A stretch of 64,000 nt of DNA, from assembly GCF_009914755.1 (NCBI RefSeq), contig NC_060948.1, one strand, 5' to 3'. The position numbers and the translations under genes were made by a program. Under the pieces are notes generated by a model. The model saw nothing but the letters and a program-made list of their open reading frames with translations, was not told where the DNA came from and did no database searches. This document shows, piece after piece, positions 1 through 21,140 of this stretch (position 1 is its first letter; every line of letters begins with the position of its first letter). The stretch is from the human T2T-CHM13v2.0 reference genome, Homo sapiens.

Positions 1-1471
1 AATATTGTTTTACATCCTGCATCTTATGTTATATATATTGTATAAAATATAATAATTGATAATATATAAGTTTTATAATTATACAATATGACATATAGTA
101 TATATTATAATTTATGACATATATAATATATGTTATATATCATATATAGAATATATTATACGGTTAATATACGTATTAAATATAAATTATACATTATATA
201 TATTATATATAATATATCTGTTATATATAATACCCATTATGCATAATATATATATTATGTCTATGTTATATATAGTATAAAACAACATATAATAATATAT
301 AATTGTATATATAAAATGCGACATATAATATATATTATATTTTATAACATATGTAATATATATTATATATTATATATAATACGTTCTATGTATAATACCT
401 ATATTAAATACATATTATATTACTATGTTATTAATTACATGTCACATGTGTTATATATTATATATTTTACATAGAATATACCGGTTACATACAATATATA
501 CTATGTTACCTATAATGTATAATTTATTACATGTAAAATAAAGAATGCAATATATTATGTAAAATTTATAATATACCATACGTGGAATGTGATATATATA
601 ACATATAATATATGATATATGATATACAGTATATGATATATAACATACAATATATGATTCCTAATATATATGGTATACAATATATATTTTATGATATGTA
701 TTCTATATGTTTTATATTCTGTTATATATAACTATTTGAAATTATATATAACTGTATAATATTGCATGTAAATATGTAATATAATATATATAACTATATA
801 ATATATTATATATAACTATATATTATGTTATATATACTTTTATAACATAATTTACATAAAATATCATAATATAATATATATTATATTATTTCATATTACA
901 TAATATATATTACATATCACCCAATATAACTAACATACATAATATTATAATATAGATTATATTATGTTATATTAAATATCATATATATCATGTATCATAT
1001 ATTCTATAATATATATTACACATTATATAATATGTATGTTGTCTATTATGTGATATATATAACTATATATATAATTATATTTTTATACATATAACTAGAT
1101 AAACATGTAATTCTACATATTTTCATTTATAATATGTAGAATTATATAATCATATATAATTATTTATATTCTATAAAAAATTTTATCATTATATAAATTA
1201 TAATATATAAAAATTATAATATGTACTACAAATATATATATTATATATCATATATGATATAGTACCTTTGTTATATATCATAGTACATATAAATGTGTAT
1301 TATGTTATCTATAATTATATAATTTCATATATAAGATGTATAATATGTATCATATATTATATATGTTATGTAATATATATAGTATATATAAGATGACACA
1401 GGATAAATATTATATACTATGACATATAAAATATATGAGGTTATATGTTACATATAAGGCATAGCACATAA

Positions 1472-1786
<315 letters not shown>

Positions 1787-2360
1787 AGATCCATATTTTT
1801 TAAATGAAAAAAAATTTCAAAGGTACTCTGCTTGGTACAATAATCAAATGTATAAACTGAGGAATAAAACATAACCATGAAACCTACTTATAACTGCATA
1901 TGGAAAATACAGAGGATAATTTTTTAAATAACATATTTTGAAAGCCTTAACTAGTAATTTGAAGAGCTGGCATTTGAAAGGCCAGTATGAATATACCTTC
2001 AAAGCAGCAACACAGGTTCCCCATGAGAAAAAGCAAACACAGGGAAAATAAAAACACAAAGGTTCAATCTCTTCTGACCTTTGAAAGACACAGCACAGAC
2101 AGTGGTCCTTAGGACGAAGAGCAGGAGACCCCTAATTCCGTCACCATGGCGATAGGGCATAAACATTGCTGGGTGAGGGCACAATCCACATTGTGAGGTC
2201 CAACTGCTGCCAGGAAGACAGGAGTGCTGTTACATAGACCGAAAGGTCATTGAAGGCTCAGAGTTTTGTTTCAAGAACTGAATCCCAAGCCCACACGTTA
2301 TTAGGCTGCGCTTCTTAAAACAAGTTATGAGATGGGAAAAAGGGCACCCACAAACATACG
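1787..2360. repeat. Exemplar GC-balanced subunit (~570 bp), the part of DYZ2 usually annotated HSATI, present in every complete unit
   Basis: Seen: non-Alu, higher-complexity segment between the Alu 5' end and the next AT tract, near-identical in all 26 units. The HSATI label comes from known DYZ2 structure, not from an alignment I ran. Confidence 0.75.
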
Positions 2361-4206
<1,846 letters not shown>

Positions 4207-6309
4207 AGATCCATATTTTTTAAATGAAAAAAAATTTCAAAGTTACTCTGCTTGGTACAATAATCAAATGTATAAACTGAGGAATAAAACATAACCATGA
4301 AACCTACTTATAACTGCATATGGAAAATACAGAGGATAATTTTTTAAATAACATATTTTGAAAGCCTTAACTAGTAATTTGAAGAGCTGGCATTTGAAAG
4401 GCCAGTATGAATATACCTTCAAAGCAGCAACACAGGTTCCCCATGAGAAAAAGCAAACACAGGGAAAATAAAAACACAAAGGTTCAATCTCTTCTGACCT
4501 TTGAAAGACACAGCACAGACAGTGGTCCTTAGGACGAAGAGCAGGAGACCCCTAATTCCGTCACCATGGCGATAGGGCATAAACATTGCTGGGTGAGGGC
4601 ACAATCCACATTGTGAGGTCCAACTGCTGCCAGGAAGACAGGAGTGCTTTTACATAGACCGAAAGGTCATTGAAGGCTCAGAGTTTTGTTTCAAGAACTG
4701 AATCCCAAGCCCACACGTTATTAGGCTGCGCTTCTTAAAACAAGTTATGAGATGGGAAAAAGGGCACCCACAAACATACGTATACATTATGTATATAATA
4801 ATATACAGTATCATATATATAATATATATAACCTATGTATAATATTGTTTTACATCCTGCATCTTATGTTATATATATTGTATAAAATATAATAATTGAT
4901 AATATATAAGTTTTATAATTATACAATATGACATATAGTATATATTATAATTTAAGACATATATAATATATGTTATATATCATATATAGAATATATTATA
5001 CGGTTAATATACGTATTAAATATAAATTATACATTATATATATTATATATAATATATCTGTTATATATAATACCCATTATGCATAATATATATATTATGT
5101 CTATGTTATATATAGTATAAAACAACATATAATAATATATAATTGTATATATAAAATGTGACATATAATATATATTATATTTTATAACATATGTAATATA
5201 TATTATATATTATATATAATACGTTGTATGTATAATACCTTTATTAAATATACGTTATATGACTATGGTATTAATTACATGTCACATGTGTTATATATTA
5301 TATATTTTACATAGAATATACCGGTTACATACAATATATACTATGTTACCTATAATGTATAATTTATTACATGTAAAATAAAGAATGCAATATATTATGT
5401 ATAATTTATAATATACCATATGTGGAATGTGATATATATAACATATAATATATGATATATGATATACAGTATATGATATATAACATACAATATATGATTC
5501 CTAATATATATGGTATACAATATATATTTTATGATATGTATTCTATATGTTTTATATTCTGTTATATATAACTATTTGAAATTATATATAAATGTATAAT
5601 ATTTTATGTAAATATGTAATATAATATATATAACTATATAATATATTATATATAACTATATATTATGTTATATATACTTTTATAACATAATTTACATAAA
5701 ATATCATAATATAATATATATTATATTATTTCATATTACATAATATATATTACATATCACCCAATATAACTAACATACATAATATTGTAATATAGATTAT
5801 ATTATGTTATATTAAATATCATATATATCATGTATCATATATTCTATAATATATATTACACATTATATAATATGTATGTTGTCTATTATGTGATATATAT
5901 AACTATATATAATTATATTTTTATACATATAACTAGATAAACATGTAATTCTACATATTTTCATTTATAATATGTAGAATTATATAATCATATATAATTA
6001 TTTATATTCTATAAATAATTTTATCATTATATAAATTATAATATATAGAAATTATAATATGTACTACAAATATATATATTATATATCATATATGATATAG
6101 TACCTTTGTTATATTTCATAATACATATAAATGTGTATTATGTTATCTATAATTATATAATTTCATTTATAAGATGTATAATATGTATCATATATTATAT
6201 ATGTTATGTAATATATATAGTATATATAAGATGACACAGGATAAATATTATATACTATGACATATAAAATATATGAGGTTATATGTTACATATAAGGCAT
6301 AGCACATAA

Positions 6310-6624
<315 letters not shown>

Positions 6625-8729
6625 AGATCCATATTTTTTAAATGAAAAAAAATTTCAAAGGTACTCTGCTTGGTACAATAATCAAATGTATAAACTGAGG
6701 AATACAACATAACCATGAAACCTACTTATAACTGCATATGGAAAATACAGAGGATAATTTTTTAAATAACATATTTTGAAAGCCTTAACTAGTAATTTGA
6801 AGAGTTGGCATTTGAAAGGCCAGTATGAATATACCTTCAAAGCAGCAACACAGGTTCCCCATGAGAAAAAGCAAACACAGGGAAAATAAAAACACAAAGG
6901 TTCAATCTCTTCTGACCTTTGAAAGACACAGCACAGACAGTGGTCCTTAGGACGAAGAGCAGGAGACCCCTAATTCCGTCACCATGGCGATAGGGCATAA
7001 ACATTGCTGGGTGAGGGCACAATCCACATTGTGAGGTCCAACTGCTGCCAGGAAGACAGGAGTGCTTTTACATAGACCGAAAGGTCATTGAAGGCTCAGA
7101 GTTTTGTTTCAAGAACTGAATCCCAAGCCCACACGTTATTAGGCTGCGCTTCTTAAAGCAAGTTATGAGATGGGAAAAAGGGCACCCACAAACATACGTA
7201 TACATTATGTATATAATAATATACAGTATCATATATATAATATATATAACCTATGTATAATATTGTTTTACATCCTGCATCTTATGTTATATATATTGTA
7301 TAAAATATAATAATTGATAATATATAAGTTTTATAATTATACAATATGACATATAGTATATATTATAATTTATGACATATATAATATATGTTATATATCA
7401 TATATAGAATATATTATACGGTTAATATACGTATTAAATATAAATTATACATTATATATATTATATATAATATATCTGTTATATATAATACCCATTATGC
7501 ATAATATATATATTATGTCTATGTTATATATAGTATAAAACAACATATAATAATATATAATTGTATATATAAAATGCGACATATAATATATATTATATTT
7601 TATAACATATGTAATATATATTATATATTATATATAATACGTTCTATCTATAATACCTATATTAAATACATATTATATGACTATGTTATTAATTACATGT
7701 CACATGTGTTATATATTATATATTTTACATAGAATATACCGGTTACATACAATATATACTATGTTACCTATAATGTATAATTTATTACATGTAAAATAAA
7801 GAATGCAATATATTATGTAAAATTTATAATATACCATACGTGGAATGTGATATATATAACATATAATATATGATATATGATATACAGTATATGATATATA
7901 ACATACAATATATGATTCCTAATATATATGGTATACAATATATATTTTATGATATGTATTCTATATGTTTTATATTCTGTTATATATAACTATTTGAAAT
8001 TATATATAACTGTATAATATTGCATGTAAATATGTAATATAATATATATAACTATATAATATATTATATATAACTATATATTATGTTATATATACTTTTA
8101 TAACATAATTTACATAAAATATCATAATATAATATATATTATATTATTTCATATTACATAATATATATTACATATCACCCAATATAACTAACATACATAA
8201 TATTATAATATAGATTATATTATGTTATATTAAATATCATATATATCATGTATCATATATTCTATAATATATATTACACATTATATAATATGTATGTTGT
8301 CTATTATGTGATATATATAACTATATATATAATTATATTTTTATACATATAACTAGATAAACATGTAATTCTACATATTTTCATTTATAATATGTAGAAT
8401 TATATAATCATATATAATTATTTATATTCTATAAAAAATTTTATCATTATATAAATTATAATATATAAAAATTATAATATGTACTACAAATATATATATT
8501 ATATATCATATATGATATAGTACCTTTGTTATATATCATAGTACATATAAATGTGTATTATGTTATCTATAATTATATAATTTCATATATAAGATGTATA
8601 ATATGTATCATATATTATATATGTTATGTAATATATATAGTATATATAAGATGACACAGGATAAATATTATATACTATGACATATAAAATATATGAGGTT
8701 ATATGTTACATATAAGGCATAGCACATAA

Positions 8730-9044
<315 letters not shown>

Positions 9045-11147
9045 AGATCCATATTTTTTAAATGAAAAAAAATTTCAAAGGTACTCTGCTTGGTACAATA
9101 ATCAAATGTATAAACTGAGGAATAAAACATAACCATGAAACCTACTTATAACTGCATATGGAAAATACAGAGGATAATTTTTTAAATAACATATTTTGAA
9201 AGCCTTAACTAGTAATTTGAAGAGCTGGCATTTGAAAGGCCAGTATGAATATACCTTCAAAGCAGCAACACAGGTTCCCCATGAGAAAAAGCAAACACAG
9301 GGAAAATAAAAACACAAAGGTTCAATCTCTTCTGACCTTTGAAAGACACAGCACAGACAGTGGTCCTTAGGACGAAGAGCAGGAGACCCCTAATTCCGTC
9401 ACCATGGCGATAGGGCATAAACATTGCTGGGTGAGGGCACAATCCACATTGTGAGGTCCAACTGCTGCCAGGAAGACAGGAGTGCTGTTACATAGACCGA
9501 AAGGTCATTGAAGGCTCAGAGTTTTGTTTCAAGAACTGAATCCCAAGCCCACACGTTATTAGGCTGCGCTTCTTAAAACAAGTTATGAGATGGGAAAAAG
9601 GGCACCCACAAACATACGTATACATTATGTATATAATAATATACAGTATCATATATATAATATATATAACCTATGTATAATATTGTTTTACATCCTGCAT
9701 CTTATGTTATATATATTGTATAAAATATAATAATTGATAATATATAAGTTTTATAATTATACAATATGACATATAGTATATATTATAATTTAAGACATAT
9801 ATAATATATGTTATATATCATATATAGAATATATTATACGGTTAATATACGTATTAAATATAAATTATACATTATATATATTATATATAATATATCTGTT
9901 ATATATAATACCCATTATGCATAATATATATATTATGTCTATGTTATATATAGTATAAAACAACATATAATAATATATAATTGTATATATAAAATGCGAC
10001 ATATAATATATATTATATTTTATAACATATGTAATATATATTATATATTATATATAATACGTTGTATGTATAATACCTTTATTAAATATATGTTATATGA
10101 CTATGTTATTAATTACATGTCACATGTGTTATATATTATATATTTTACATAGAATATACCGGTTACATACAATATATACTATGTTACCTATAATGTATAA
10201 TTTATTACATGTAAAATAAAGAATGCAATATATTATGTATAATTTATAATATACCATATGTGGAATGTGATATATATAACATATAATATATGATATATGA
10301 TATACAGTATATGATATATAACATACAATATATGATTCCTAATATATATGGTATACAATATATATTTTATGATATGTATTCTATATGTTTTATATTCTGT
10401 TATATATAACTATTTGAAATTATATATAAATGTATAACATTTTATGTAAATATGTAATATAATATATATAACTATATAATATATTATATATAACTATATA
10501 TTATGTTATATATACTTTTATAACATAATTTACATAAAATATCATAATATAATATATATTATATTATTTCATATTACATAATATACATTACATATCACCC
10601 AATATAACTAACATACATAATATTGTAATATAGATTATATTATGTTATATTAAATATCATATATATCATGTATCATATATTCTATAATATATATTACACA
10701 TTATATAATATGTATGTTGTCTATTATGTGATATATATAACTATATATAATTATATTTTTATACATATAACTAGATAAACATGTAATTCTACATATTTTC
10801 ATTTATAATATGTAGAATTATATAATCATATATAATTATTTATATTCTATAAATAATTTTATCATTATATAAATTATAATATATAAAAATTATAATATGT
10901 ACTACAAATATATATATTATATATCATATATGATATAGTACCTTTGTTATATATCATAATACATATAAATGTGTATTATGTTATCTATAATTATATAATT
11001 TCATATATAAGATGTATAATATGTATCATATATTATATATGTTATGTAATATATATAGTATATATAAGATGACACATGATAAATATTGTATACTATGACA
11101 TATAAAATATATCAGGTTATATGTTACATATAAGGCATAGCACATAA

Positions 11148-11462
<315 letters not shown>

Positions 11463-13566
11463 AGATCCATATTTTTTAAATGAAAAAAAATTTCAAAGTT
11501 ACTCTGCTTGGTACAATAATCAAATGTATAAACTGAGGAATAAAACATAACCATGAAACCTACTTATAACTGCATATGGAAAATACAGAGGATAATTTTT
11601 TAAATAACATATTTTGAAAGCCTTAACTAGTAATTTGAAGAGCTGGCATTTGAAAGGCCAGTATGAATATACCTTCAAAGCAGCAACACAGGTTCCCCAT
11701 GAGAAAAAGCAAACACAGGGAAAATAAAGACACAAAGGTTCAATCTCTTCTGACCTTTGAAAGACACAGCACAGACAGTGGTCCTTAGGACGAAGAGCAG
11801 GAGACCCCTAATTCCGTCACCATGGCGATAGGGCATAAACATTGCTGGGTGAGGGCACAATCCACATTGTGAGGTCCAACTGCTGCCAGGAAGACAGGAG
11901 TGCTTTTACATAGACCGAAAGGTCATTGAAGGCTCAGAGTTTTGTTTCAAGAACTGAATCCCAAGCCCACACGTTATTAGGCTGCGCTTCTTAAAACAAG
12001 TTATGAGATGGGAAAAAGGGCACCCACAAACATACGTATACATTATGTATATAATAATATACAGTATCATATATATAATATATATAACCTATGTATAATA
12101 TTGTTTTACATCCTGCATCTTATGTTATATATATTGTATAAAATATAATAATTGATAATATATAAGTTTTATAATTATACAATATGACATATAGTATATA
12201 TTATAATTTATGACATATATAATATATGTTATATGTCATATATAGAATATATTATACGGTTAATATACGTATTAAATATAAATTATACATTATATATATT
12301 ATATATAATATATCTGTTATATATAATACCCATTATGCATAATATATATATTATGTCTATGTTATATATAGTATAAAACAACATATAATAATATATAATT
12401 GTATATATAAAATGCGACATATAATATATATTATATTTTATAACATATGTAATATATATTATATATTATATATAATACGTTGTATGTATAATACCTATAT
12501 TAAATATATATTATATGACTATGTTATTAATTATATGTCACATGTGTTATATATTATATATTTTACATAGAATATACCGGTTACATACAATATATACTAT
12601 GTTACCTATAATGTATAATTTATTACATGTAAAATAAGAATGCAATATATTATGTATAATTTATAATATACCATATGTGGAATGTGATATATATAACATA
12701 TAATATATGATATATGATATACAGTATATGATATATAACATACAATATATGATTCCTAATATATATGGTGTACAATATATATTTTATGATATGTATTCTA
12801 TATGTTTTATATTCTGTTATATATAACTATTTGAAATTATATATAACTGTATAATATTTTATGTAAATATGTAATATAATATATATAACTATATAATATA
12901 TTATATATAACTATATATTATGTTATATATACTTTTATAACATAATTTACATCAAATATCATAATATAATATATATTATATTATTTCATATTACATAATA
13001 TATATTTTATATCACCCAATATAACTAACATACATAATATTATAATATAGATTATATTATGTTATATTAAATGCCATATATATCATGTATCATATATTCT
13101 ATAATATATATTACACATTATATAATATGTATGTTGTCTATTATGTGATATATATAACTATATATATAATTACATTTTTATACATATAACTAGATAAACA
13201 TGTAATTCTACATATTTTCATTTATAATATGTAGAATTATATAATCATATATAATTATTTATATTCTATAAAAAATTTTATCATTATATAAATTATAATA
13301 TATAAAAATTATAATATGTACTACAAATATATATATTATATATCATATATGATATAGTACCTTTGTTATATATCATAATACATATAAATGTGTATTATGT
13401 TATCTATAATTATATAATTTCATATATAAGATGTATATTATGTATCATATATTATATATGTTATGTAATATATATAGTATATATAAGATGACACAGGATA
13501 AATATTATATACTATGACATATAAAATATATGAGGTTATATGTTACATATAAGGCATAGCACATAA

Positions 13567-13881
<315 letters not shown>

Positions 13882-16008
13882 AGATCCATATTTTTTAAAT
13901 GAAAAAAAATTTCAAAGGTACTCTGCTTGGTACAATAATCAAATGTATAAACTGAGGAATAAAACATAACCATGAAACCTACTTATAACTGCATATGGAA
14001 AATACAGAGGATAATTTTTTAAATAACATATTTTGAAAGCCTTAACTAGTAATTTGAAGAGTTGGCATTTGAAAGGCCAGTATGAATATACCTTCAAAGC
14101 AGCAACACAGGTTCCCCATGAGAAAAAGCAAACACAGGGAAAATAAAAACACAAAGGTTCAATCTCTTCTGACCTTTGAAAGACACAGTACAGACAGTGG
14201 TCCTTAGGACGAAGAGCAGGAGACCCCTAATTCCGTCACCATGGCGATAGGGCATAAACATTGCTGGGTGAGGGCACAATCCACATTGTGAGGTCCAACT
14301 GCTGCCAGGAAGACAGGAGTGCTTTTACATAGACCGAAAGGTCATTGAAGGCTCAGAGTTTTGTTTCAAGAACTGAATCCCAAGCCCACACGTTATTAGG
14401 CTGCGCTTCTTAAAACAAGTTATGAGATGGGAAAAAGGGCACCCACAAACATACGTATACATTATGTATATAATAATATACAGTATCATATATATAATAT
14501 ATATAACCTATGTATAATATTGTTTTACATCCTGCATCTTATGTTATATATATTGTATAAAATATAATAATTGATAATATATAAGTTTTATAAATATACA
14601 ATATGACATATAGTATATATTATAATTTATGACATATATAATATATGTTAAATGTCATATATAGAATATATTATACGGTTAATATACGTATTAAATATAA
14701 ATTATACATTATATATATTATATATAATATATCTGTTATATATAATACCCATTATGCATAATATATATATTATGTCTATGTTATATATAGTATAAAACAA
14801 CATATAATAATATATAATTGTATATATAAAATGCGACATATAATATATATTATATTTTATAACATATGTAATATATATTATATATTATATATAATATGTT
14901 GTATGTATAATACCTATATTAAATATATATTATATGACTATGTTATTAATTACATGTCACATGTGTTATATGTTGTATATTTTACATAGAATATACCGGT
15001 TACATACAATATATACTATGTTACCTATAATGTATAATTTATTACATGTAAAATAAAGAATGCAATATATTATGTATAATTTATAATATACCATATGTGG
15101 ACTGGATATATATAACATATAATATATGATATATGATATACAGTATATGATATATAACATACTATATATGATTCCTAATATATATGGTATACAATATATA
15201 TTTTATGATATGTATTCTATATGTTTTATATTCTGTTATATATAACTATTTGAAATTATATATAACTGTATAATATTTTATGTAAATATGTAATATAATA
15301 TATATAACTATATAATATATTATATATAACTATATATTATGTTATATATACTTTCATAACATAATTTACATAAAATATCATAATATAATATATACTATAT
15401 TATTTCATATTACATAATATATATTACATATCACCCAATATAACTAACATACATAATATTATAATATAGATTATATTATGTTATATTAAATATCATATAA
15501 ATCATGTATCATATATTCTATAATACATATTACACATTATATAATATGTATGTTGTCTATTATGTGATATATATAACTATATATATAATTATATTTTTAT
15601 ACATATAACTAGATAAACATGTAATTCTACATATTTTCATTTATAATATGTAGAATTATATAATCATATATAATTATTTATATTCTATAAAAAATTTTAT
15701 CATTACATAAATTATAATATATAAAAATTATAATATGTACTACAAATATATATATTATATATCATATATGATATAGTACCTTTGTTATATATCATAATAC
15801 ATATAAATGTGTATTATGTTATCTATAATTATATAATTTCATATATAAGATGTATAATATGTATCATATATTATATATGTTATGTAATATATATAGTATA
15901 TATAAGATGAGACAGGATAAATATTATATACTATGACATATAAAATATATGAGGTTATATGTTACATATAAGGAATAGCACATAACATGTAATATATATC
16001 ACATATAA

Positions 16009-16300
16009 TTTTTTTTTAGACAGAATCTTGTCCTGTTGCACAGGGTGGGGTACAATGGCGCCATCTTTGCTCACTGCAACTTCTGCCTCACGGGTCCAAG
16101 CGATTGTCCTCCCTCAGCCTCCCAGGTAGCTGGGACTACACCACACTGGGACTACACCAGCTGCCACCATGCCTAGCTAATTTTTTGGATTTTTAGTAGT
16201 GACAGCGTTTCACTGTATTGGGCAGGATGGTCTTGATCTCTTCACCTTGTGATCCCCTTGCCTTGGCCTCCAAATTTGCTGGGATTACAGGCCTGAGCCA
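16009..16300 (-). mobile_element. Diverged Alu (u7 copy)
   Basis: Same Alu hallmarks as u1. Confidence 0.95.
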
Positions 16301-18405
16301 AGATCCATATTTTTTAAATGAAAAAAAATTTCAAACGTACTCTCCTTGGTACAATAATCAAATGTATAAACTGAGGAATAAAACATAACCATGAAACCTA
16401 CTTATAACTTCATATGGAAACTACAGAGGATAATTTTTTAAATAACATATTTTGAAAGCCTTAACTAGTAATTTGAAGAGTTGGCATTTGAAAGGCCAGT
16501 ATGAATATACCTTCAAAGCAGCAACACAGGTTCCCCATGAGAAAAAGCAAACACAGGGAAAATAAAAACACAAAGGTTCAATCTCTTCTGACCTTTGAAA
16601 GACACAGCACAGACAGTGGTCCTTAGGACGAAGAGCAGGAGACCCCTAATTCCGTCACCATGGCGATAGGGCATAAACATTGCTGGGTGAGGGCACAATC
16701 CACATTGTGAGGTCCAACTGCTGCCAGGAAGACAGGAGTGCTTTTACATAGAACGAAAGGTCATTGAAGGCTCAGAGTTTTGTTTCAAGAACTGAATCCC
16801 AAGCCCACACGTTATTAGGCTGCGCTTCTTAAAGCAAGTTATGAGATGGGAAAAAGGGCACCCACAAACATACGTATACATTATGTATATAATAATATAC
16901 AGTATCATATATATAATATATATAACCTATGTATAATATTGTTTTACATTCTGCATCTTATGTTATATATATTGTATAAAATATAATAATTGATAATATG
17001 TAAGTTTTATAATTATACAATATGACATATAGTATATATTATAATTTATGACATATATAATATACGTTATATATCATATATAGAATATATTATACGGTTA
17101 ATATACGTATTAAATATAAATTATACGTTATATATATTATATATAATATATCTGTTATATATAATACCCATTATGCATAATGTATAAATTATGTCTATGT
17201 TATATATAGTATAAAACAACATATAATAATATATAATTGTATATATAAAATGCGACATATAATATATATTATATTTTATAACATATGTAATATATATTAT
17301 ATATTATATATAATACGTTGTATGTATAATACCTATATTAAATATATATTATATGACTATGTTATTAATTACATGTCACATGTGTTATATATTATATATT
17401 TTACATAGAATATACTGGTTACATACAATATATACTATGTTACCTATAATGTATAATTTATTACATGTAAAATAAAGAATGCAATATATTATGTATAATT
17501 TATAATATACCATATGTGGAATGTGATATATATAACATATAATATATGATATATGATATACAGTATATGATATATAACATACGATATATGATTCCTAATA
17601 TATACGGTATACAATATATATTTTATGATATGTATTCTATATGTTTTATATTCTGTTATATATAACTATTTGAAATTATATATAACTGTATAATATTTTA
17701 TGTAAATATGTAATATAATATATATAACTATATAATATATTATATATAACTATATATTATGTTATATATACTTTTATAATATAATTTACATAAAATATCA
17801 TAATATAATGCATATTATATTATTTCTTATTACATAATATATATTACATATCACCCAATATAACTAACATACATAATATTATAATATAGATTATATTGTG
17901 TTATATTAAATATCATATATATCATGTATCATATATTCTATAATATATATTACACATTATATAATATGTATGTTGTCTATTATGTGATATATATAACTAT
18001 ATATATAATTATATTTTTATACATATAACTAGATAAACATGTAATTCTACATATTTTCATTTATAATATGTAGAAATATATAATCATATATAATTATTTA
18101 TATTCTATAAAAAATTTTATCATTATATAAATTATAATATATAAAAATTATAATATGTACTACAAATATATATATTATATATCATATATGATATAGTACC
18201 TTTGTTATATATCATAATACATATAAATGTGTATTATGTTATCTATAATTATATAATTTCATATATAAGATGTATAATATGTATCATATATTATATATGT
18301 TATGTAATATATATAGTATATATAAGATGACACAGGATAAATATTATATACTATGACATATAAAATATATCAGGTTATATGTTACATATAAGGCATAGCA
18401 CATAA

Positions 18406-18720
<315 letters not shown>

Positions 18721-20825
18721 AGATCCATATTTTTTAAATGAAAAAAAATTTCAAAGGTACTCTGCTTGGTACAATAATCAAATGTATAAACTGAGGAGTA
18801 AAACATAACCATGAAACCTACTTATAACTGCATATGGAAAATACAGAGGATAATTTTTTAAATAACATATTTTGAAAGCCTTAACTAGTAATTTGAAGAG
18901 CTGGCATTTGAAAGGCCAGTATGAATATACCTTCAAATCAGCAACACAGGTTCCCCATGAGAAAAAGCAAACACAGGGAAAATAAAAACACAAAGGTTCA
19001 ATCTCTTCTGACCTTTGAAAGACACAGCACAGACAGTGGTCCTTAGGACGAAGAGCAGGAGACCCCTAATTCCGTCACCATGGCGATAGGGCATAAACAT
19101 TGCTGGGTGAGGGCACAATCCACATTGTGAGGTCCAACTGCTGCCAGGAAGACAGGAGTGCTTTTACATAGACCGAAAGGTCATTGAAGGCTCAGAGTTT
19201 TGTTTCAAGAACTGAATCCCAAGCCCACACGTTATTAGGCTGCGCTTCTTAAAACAAGTTATGAGATGGGAAAAAGGGCACCCACAAACATACGTATACA
19301 TTATGTATATAATAATATACAGTGTCATATATTTAATATATATAACCTATGTATAATATTGTTTTACATCCTGCATCTTATGTTATATATATTGTATAAA
19401 ATATAATAATTGATAATATATGAGTTTTATAATTATACAATATGACATATAGTATATATTATAATTTATGACATATATAATATATGTTATATGTCATATA
19501 TAGAATATATTATACGGTTAATATACGTATTAAATATAAATTATACATTATATATATTATATATAATATATCTGTTATATATAATACCCATTATGCATAA
19601 TATATATATTATGTCTATGTTATATATAGTATAAAACAACATATAATAATATATAATTGTATATATAAAATGCGACATATAATATATATTATATTTTATA
19701 ACATATGTAATATATATTATATATTATATATAATACGTTGTATGTATAATACCTATATTAAATATATATTATATGACTATGTTATTAATTACATGTCACA
19801 TGTGTTATATATTATATAGTTTACATAGAATATACCGGTTACATACAATATATACTATGTTACCTATAATGTATAATTTATTACATGTAAAATAAAGAAT
19901 GCAATATATTATGTATAATTTATAATATACCATATGTGGAATGTGATATATATAACATATAATATATGATATATGATATACAGTATATGATATATAACAT
20001 ACAATATATGATTCCTAATATATATTGTATACAATATATATTTTATGATATGTATTCTATACGTTTTATATTCTGTTATATATAACTATTTGAAATTATA
20101 TATAACTGTATAATATTTTATGTAAATATGTAATATAATATATATAACTATATAATATATTACATATAACTATATATTATGTTATATATACTTTTATAAC
20201 ATAATTTACATAAAATATCATAATGTAATATATATTATATTATTTCATATTACATAATATATATTACATATCACCCAATATAACTAACATACATAATATT
20301 ATAATATAGATTATATTGTGTTATATTAAATATCATATATATCATGTATCATATATTCTATAATATATATTACACATTATATAATATGTATGTTGTCTAT
20401 TATGTGATATATATAACTATATATATAATTATATTTTTATACATATAACTAGATAAACATGTAATTCTACATATTTTCATTTATAATATGTAGAATTATA
20501 TAATCATATATAATTATTTATATTCTATAAAAAATTTTATCATTATATAAATTATAATATATAAAAATTATAATATGTACTACAAATATATATATTATAT
20601 ATCATATATGATATAGTACCTTTGTTATATATCATAATACATATAAATGTGTATTATGTTATCTATAATTATATAATTTCATATATAAGATGTATAATAT
20701 GTATCATATATTATATATGTTATGTAATATATATAGTATATATAAGATGACACAGGATAAATATTATATACTATGACATATAAAATATATGAGGTTATAT
20801 GTTACATATAAGGCATAGCACATAA

Positions 20826-21140
<315 letters not shown>

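Noticed and set aside
1844-2059. Recurring 71-aa minus-strand ORF (MCFYFPCVCFF...)
   Set aside because: Recurrence only reflects the DNA repeat. It has no recognisable domain, its F/Y/L/C bias follows base composition, and it is lost to single substitutions in u7, u10 and u25.
1999-2184. Recurring 61-aa minus-strand ORF (MCPHPAMFMPY...), intact in all 26 units
   Set aside because: At this level of unit identity, persistence of a 186-bp ORF is expected by chance. It overlaps the other ORF, resembles no protein I recognise and has no supporting gene structure. Ribo-seq or peptide evidence would be needed.
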